28,329 nt of DNA from Vulcanimicrobiaceae bacterium (GTDB taxonomy: Bacteria; Vulcanimicrobiota; Vulcanimicrobiia; Vulcanimicrobiales; Vulcanimicrobiaceae). Within the stretch, counting starts at the first letter, position 1. Each line of letters begins with the position of its first letter. The translations under genes were made by a program, and so were the position numbers. Shown piece after piece: positions 26,385 through 28,329 of the stretch. Below the pieces are notes generated by a model. It did not search any database and was not told the DNA's origin. It worked only from the letters and a program-made list of their open reading frames with translations. The stretch spans positions 1-28,329 of the forward strand of contig JBDTFK010000215.1 in the NCBI GenBank assembly GCA_039937995.1. The letters run 5' to 3'.

Positions 26385-27805
26385 AAGACCGCTTTCTTTG
26401 GATTGCCGCTGGTTCGTACGCCACGCTTTTCACCGTGCTCGGTTCCCTTAAATACAACGTCCATCGAAATCTCGTCGACTTCGGTATTTTTGCGCAAACT
26501 ACGGCAAGCGCGTTCGGATGCTTTTGCAATACCGTCGAGGGCAGCCACTACGCCGTTCACTTTTCACCGGTACTTTATCTCGCGGGTGCAGTCGTTTGGC
26601 TGGTGCGCTCTCCCTATACGCTCATCGCGCTCCAGTCGGTCGCGTGTGCGCTCGTGCTCCCGCCGGTGTACGCGCTCGTCCGGAGCAGCGCGGACCAAAA
26701 CATTGCGCGCCTTGCGATGCTCGTTGCATTGCTCTATCCCGCACTCGCCGGTCTTGCTTTTAACGACTTTCACGAGAATGATTTTGCGCCGGCTGCGGTG
26801 CTTTGGATGCTGTGGGCGTTCGACCGCGGGTACGTCGTCGCAACCTATCTGCTCGCGGCCTTAACACTTGGCGTAAAGGAAGATCAGGCGGTGTTCCTGG
26901 CCGTCGCCGGCTTCTTGGGGTACGTGCGCTTTCGCACGACCGCTTGCGGACGAGTCGCGTTGATCGTCTGCCTCGCGGCTTCGCTTGTTGCGCTGCAGTA
27001 CTTCTGGTTTATCCAACCAACGGCGGCCGCGTCCTCGCATTGGGCGCCGGTACGATTTTATGCGTGGACTTCCGCTGACGTGCGCCAAATGTTCTTTGCG
27101 GGAATATCTGCGCGGCTGGGGTTCGTACTGCTCGCGTTCCTCCCGCTTCTGTTCCTTCCGTTCCGGTCGCGTTGGATGTTCGTTGCAGCGCTGCCGCTCG
27201 CCGAAGTGCTGCTCTCGCGAATGCCGACGACGTTTACGATGGGATCGCACTATGCCGGCGCGTGGATCGGCTGGGCTCTGGCGGCGTTTGCCTTTGCGGT
27301 CCGGGCACTTCCCGAGCGCCGTGCGCGCGATTCGCTGCGATGGTGCGTTGCGTTTTGCGCGCTCGAATTTCTCGTAGCCAATCCGCTGCACCCCGGCTTG
27401 AATCTGCGCGGGATCGAAGCGCGCGACCTTCGTCTAGATACCGCGATCGCTTCGTTACCGAACGATATTGCGGTCTCGACACAAGAAGAAGCCTATACGC
27501 ACATGGCGATTTCGAATCCAAATGCCGGCGTACTCCCCGAGCTAGCGTCCTTGCCGGTGAAGACGCCGTTCGTACTGATCGACGGCGATTTCCCGGACTC
27601 GCCGCGCCTTCAGGAATATGCGCGGGCACTGCACCGGCCGTGTTTCGTGCCGGTGCGCTCGATTCGGTCGATCGTGCTCTACCGGACGCTGTGCCCGGTT
27701 TCCAAGAGCAGCTTGCGCAAGCCGGTGGCCGCGCGCTCCGGCCACCCGGCCGCTGCGGCAATCGTTTCCGACGGCGCCGCCCACGGCGCCCAGCGCGCCG
27801 TTTGA
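26381..27805 (+). CDS. DUF2079-like polytopic membrane protein (putative GT-C-type glycosyltransferase)
   Basis: VDFGIFAQ, HYAVHFSP, YTLIALQ, FNDFHEND, TLGVKED and HYAG motifs with many TM helices. GTG start overlaps the prfB stop. Confidence 0.75.
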   Translation: MKDRFLWIAAGSYATLFTVLGSLKYNVHRNLVDFGIFAQTTASAFGCFCNTVEGSHYAVHFSPVLYLAGAVVWLVRSPYTLIALQSVACALVLPPVYALVRSSADQNIARLAMLVALLYPALAGLAFNDFHENDFAPAAVLWMLWAFDRGYVVATYLLAALTLGVKEDQAVFLAVAGFLGYVRFRTTACGRVALIVCLAASLVALQYFWFIQPTAAASSHWAPVRFYAWTSADVRQMFFAGISARLGFVLLAFLPLLFLPFRSRWMFVAALPLAEVLLSRMPTTFTMGSHYAGAWIGWALAAFAFAVRALPERRARDSLRWCVAFCALEFLVANPLHPGLNLRGIEARDLRLDTAIASLPNDIAVSTQEEAYTHMAISNPNAGVLPELASLPVKTPFVLIDGDFPDSPRLQEYARALHRPCFVPVRSIRSIVLYRTLCPVSKSSLRKPVAARSGHPAAAAIVSDGAAHGAQRAV

Positions 27806-28329
27806 CGCGCAAGCCGCGCAATCGCTGGGAAAACGGCGATCGTCGGCGTTCCAACCATTCCGGCAACGTGGATTGCTCCCGAATCGGGCGCGATGAGTGC
27901 GCGCCCCGCCGCAATGGCGCACTTCCAAGCGGTTAACGTGTCGAGGCGTTCGACGGGAATGCCGCTTGCGAGCGTCACGCGTGTCGCGTAGTTCATTTCG
28001 TTTGCCGCCGAGATCGCGCGCACCGGTCCGAGCGTTCCGGCAAGCCGGAGAACTCGCACGACGTCGTCGAATGCAATTCCGAGCCGGTCCCATTTATCGG
28101 TGATTTGCACGACGATGGAATCGCCGCGCGGCACGTCGGAATCGAGGACGAACGGGCGCAGGACGTGTGCGTCGCGGCTCGGCTTGGCGCCGCCGAGGAG
28201 CGCAGACCCGAGCGTGAAGAGCACATCGCATTCGTTGCGTCCGCGGGCGTCGAGTCCGGCCGGCCGGTAGCGGGTCGTTGTGAGTATCGTGCGTAGCCAG
28301 AGCGTTTTGAGCGGCTTTCCCCAACCATT
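27679..28329 (-). CDS. Glycosyltransferase family 9 (heptosyltransferase-like), C-terminal part; start lies beyond the right edge
   Basis: The frame is open to the window end (NGWGKPLKTLWLR...NECDVLFTLG). Contains the GT9 motif LIAPDSGAIHVAGMVGTPTIAVF...RWAP. Confidence 0.85.
   Translation of the reverse strand, partial: NGWGKPLKTLWLRTILTTTRYRPAGLDARGRNECDVLFTLGSALLGGAKPSRDAHVLRPFVLDSDVPRGDSIVVQITDKWDRLGIAFDDVVRVLRLAGTLGPVRAISAANEMNYATRVTLASGIPVERLDTLTAWKCAIAAGRALIAPDSGAIHVAGMVGTPTIAVFPAIARLARQTARWAPWAAPSETIAAAAGWPERAATGLRKLLLETGHSVR

Noticed and set aside
555-28328. Many long Arg/Ala/Pro-rich alternative-frame and antisense ORFs (for example 555..1526, 1492..2436, 12589..12765 extension, 18316..19176, 25314..26264, 27172..27936)
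   Set aside because: These are expected shadows of real genes in high-GC DNA with biased codon usage; they show no recognisable motifs or RBS.

Overview
GC-rich bacterial chromosomal window made mostly of housekeeping and cell-envelope genes. I found no rRNA, tRNA, CRISPR array, integrase or transposase. Gene order: PilZ protein (runs off the left edge) and an isocitrate/isopropylmalate-family dehydrogenase (both minus); ftsK, a PAP2 phosphatase and the futalosine menaquinone genes mqnE-mqnA-mqnC; mnmA (minus); rodZ-like, yajQ, rimO, LCP protein, polysaccharide deacetylase, small membrane ORF, NHL-like lipoprotein, multi-GAF histidine kinase and secA. An approximately 5 kb accessory block follows: a structured intergenic region, a lipoprotein, and a minus-strand run of GDPH-motif protein, sulfotransferase-like protein, tandem aspartyl protease and GNAT. 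The window ends with prfB (canonical +1 programmed frameshift), a DUF2079-like membrane protein and a GT9 glycosyltransferase that runs off the right edge. The gene repertoire suggests a diderm Terrabacteria lineage such as Eremiobacterota, but this is inference only. The most unusual signals are the signal-peptide-less, glycine-rich GDPH protein heading a possible four-gene modification cassette between secA and prfB, and a kinase reading frame that stays open for 90 codons upstream of its first canonical start codon.
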